A DNA stretch of 63,218 nt, filler included. It is 5 parts of 5 records of this genome, joined end to end, with 100 filler letters (N's around TTAATTAATTAA, not from the genome) between each part and the next. Parts side by side here need not be neighbours in the genome. Positions count along the whole stretch, not along the records: positions 57,906 to 63,218 come from SRR31156797_9821; 4 more parts are not named here. The stretch is one strand, 5' to 3'. The notes beneath the pieces are model-generated. The model searched no databases and was not told the DNA's origin. It saw only the letters and a program-made list of their open reading frames with translations. The stretch's first letter is position 1. Each line of letters opens with the position of its first letter. Position numbers and translations under genes: made by a program. This document shows, piece after piece, positions 61,237 to 63,218 of the stretch.

Positions 61237-62178
61237 CTAAGGTCTATTAGACTTTTTGAAAACAATATCTATCAACTTTTTATTAAAGATCTCCACGCCA
61301 TTCTGGTTCAAGTGATTTGAATCATAGAAATGTAAGGAGTCATCCAGATCTAACAGATAATTGAAATTATGATAAGCACCTTGTTTAGACATTATTTTAT
61401 CGAACTCTTTCATGTTTGTATAAGCCTTGTAAAGTGAACCTGTTACGGGAGCGTATACAAAAACGAGTCTAATCCCTCGTTCTCGGATCTTTTTAAGGCA
61501 TCTTTCAAAAGCAAGCATTTGTTCTTGCTTTGGGACCCATGTTTCTTCAGGCAACGCATCCTTTTTGTAAAATTTGATCTTTTTCTCTACATACCCACCT
61601 GAAACATATGTGTCTTCACCCCTCATTTTTGGTTCAACAAATGTAGTGTTCATGCCGAAAAGATCACGAATATAGCCGACAATTAAAGTGTTCCAGGTTT
61701 TTATGTGATTTATTTTCAAAGCCATTTCTAAAGAGCCTTTATCGTTTTTGTCATTTGCAATAATATCCATCGAAGACTCAACACCGTCACTAGAAAATCC
61801 GAATGGAAAGACTTCATAGATAATAGTTTGGGGGTTCAATGTTTCAAGATAGCGATCCAGTAGAACTTCTGTCTGAATAGGTGTCTGAGAACTTGACCCA
61901 AGATTAAAGACCTTAGTGTTGTCTGATATTTCATCTCTAAAAATTCTTGGGTCAAAACCACGATACGCATGAGAAGAACCAAGAATTAGGATGTCAACAT
62001 CCTTAGTTTTTTTAACTTCTTTAATTCTTGAGAACATATGCCCGTACGACCCGATCCTGTAGTTAATGTTCTGTTTTAGCCCAATAGGAACAATTGTATC
62101 CCACAGTAACATAGACACTATATAAAATATTATCAGGAACAATGAAAACTGTAGTATTGATCTTATAAAACTCTTCAT
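61237..62178 (-). CDS. Membrane-anchored SGNH/DltD-like O-acyltransferase partner
   Basis: N-terminal TM, ILGSSH block, FNLG and C-terminal FYDSNHLN (DxxH); directly downstream of an MBOAT. Confidence 0.72.
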   Translation of the reverse strand: MKSFIRSILQFSLFLIIFYIVSMLLWDTIVPIGLKQNINYRIGSYGHMFSRIKEVKKTKDVDILILGSSHAYRGFDPRIFRDEISDNTKVFNLGSSSQTPIQTEVLLDRYLETLNPQTIIYEVFPFGFSSDGVESSMDIIANDKNDKGSLEMALKINHIKTWNTLIVGYIRDLFGMNTTFVEPKMRGEDTYVSGGYVEKKIKFYKKDALPEETWVPKQEQMLAFERCLKKIRERGIRLVFVYAPVTGSLYKAYTNMKEFDKIMSKQGAYHNFNYLLDLDDSLHFYDSNHLNQNGVEIFNKKLIDIVFKKSNRP

Positions 62179-62194
62179 TTCTTATTCCCGAAAG

Positions 62195-63217
62195 TTAGAA
62201 CTGAAAATATATAAACGGGGTCTCTTCTGTCTGCATAAAGATCCCTATTAATAGCACTATAAACGCATAAGCAACCCATCTCATTATTTTAGACCGTTCA
62301 ATAAAACCTAATCTTGCAATTGCAAACTGCTGGTCTCGCCCGAACCATTCAACAGTGACAAACCCGGAAACCATAAGCATAACTCTCAATGCACCGAGTC
62401 TCCCTTTAAAAGAAGGTATGGAAAATAATGAAAAGGAAAATATCTCAGACAAATAACTAAATGCATGCTCAAGATTCTCAGCTCTAAAAAAGGTCCATGC
62501 GATCAAAGTAATTAAGAAAGTAGTGCCCATCTGAAACAATTCCTTCATACTTGGCAAGACCTTCCCTTTGGCAACAATATCAGTATTAACTCTATTCTTG
62601 TTTAGCAACATCAGAGGCAGAAAATAAACAGCATTAATGAAACCCCACATCAGAAAAGTCCAGTTCGCACCATGCCAAAAGCCACTAACCAGAAAAATAA
62701 TAAAAGTGTTCCTAACCTTCATGCTTGTTCCACCTTTGCTGCCACCCAGTGGAATATATACATAATCTCTAAACCATGTTGAAAGTGAAATATGCCATCT
62801 CCTCCAGAATTCCGCAATATCCCTGGAAAAATATGGAAAGGCAAAGTTCCTCATTAAATTAAATCCAAAAAGCCTTGATGTTCCAATAGCAATATCAGAG
62901 TATCCGGAGAAATCACAATAGATCTGAAAAGCAAAGAAAACAGCTCCCATAAGCAACGTACTACCAGAATAGTCAGAAGAATTGTTAAAAATCAGATTAG
63001 CGTATTCTGCACAGTTATCTGCAATAACCAGTTTCTTAAATAAACCCCATAATATTTGTCTCATACCATCAACGGCTTTAGGTCTATCAAAGATCCTTTT
63101 TTTATAAAATTGGGGTAATAGTTTTGTGGCTCTCTCAATTGGCCCTGCTACCAGTTGGGGAAAAAAACTAACGAAGGCAAAAAATGCAACAGGATCTTTC
63201 GTCGCATCCAGTTTTCT
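62195..63217 (-). CDS. MBOAT-family O-acyltransferase (AlgI/PatA/DltB-like), 5'-truncated
   Basis: FFPQLVAGPIER, GLFKKLVIAD, QIYCDFSGYSD, FWRRWHISLSTWFRDYVYIPLGG and SGFWHGA. Confidence 0.95.
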   Translation of the reverse strand, partial: RKLDATKDPVAFFAFVSFFPQLVAGPIERATKLLPQFYKKRIFDRPKAVDGMRQILWGLFKKLVIADNCAEYANLIFNNSSDYSGSTLLMGAVFFAFQIYCDFSGYSDIAIGTSRLFGFNLMRNFAFPYFSRDIAEFWRRWHISLSTWFRDYVYIPLGGSKGGTSMKVRNTFIIFLVSGFWHGANWTFLMWGFINAVYFLPLMLLNKNRVNTDIVAKGKVLPSMKELFQMGTTFLITLIAWTFFRAENLEHAFSYLSEIFSFSLFSIPSFKGRLGALRVMLMVSGFVTVEWFGRDQQFAIARLGFIERSKIMRWVAYAFIVLLIGIFMQTEETPFIYFQF

Positions 63218-63218
63218 A

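Overview
The window is not one locus. It is five unrelated contigs joined by artificial 100-nt spacers (44 N + TTAATTAATTAA + 44 N). (1) 1-12917, Desulfobacterales-like: a sigma54-controlled methylamine/quaternary-amine demethylation cluster. It holds a non-pyrrolysine MttB-family methyltransferase, then a second MttB interrupted by an in-frame TAG exactly at the pyrrolysine position (GGL-O-ADAK...QAGHEKT), an APC permease, a small membrane protein, an NCS1 permease and a corrinoid protein the ORF track missed. Divergent from these is a 1807-aa pseudokinase/P-loop NTPase/GAF/sigma54-activator hybrid. (2) 13018-36895, Vibrio: partial mreB, the MSHA pilus locus apparently lacking mshF, csrD, ssb, qstR, galU and uvrA, whose stop codon lies inside a Vibrio repeat element. 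(3) 36996-51889, deltaproteobacterium-like: hybrid sensor kinase, three SAM methyltransferases, a PchR-like AraC regulator, a TonB-dependent receptor, a TtpC-type TonB complex and DUF4198-type periplasmic proteins. (4) 51990-57805, spirochaete-like: RNase Z, a degenerate GGDEF-like membrane protein, AmmeMemoRadiSam protein B and two Maf-like proteins. (5) 57906-63218, low-GC bacterium: partial wecB, Wzx flippase, a collagen-like/Cys-rich lipoprotein, an SGNH-like protein and an MBOAT. The strongest signal is the pyrrolysine-recoded MttB cluster with its giant sigma54 activator. Taxonomic and family calls come from recognising motifs; no database searches were run.
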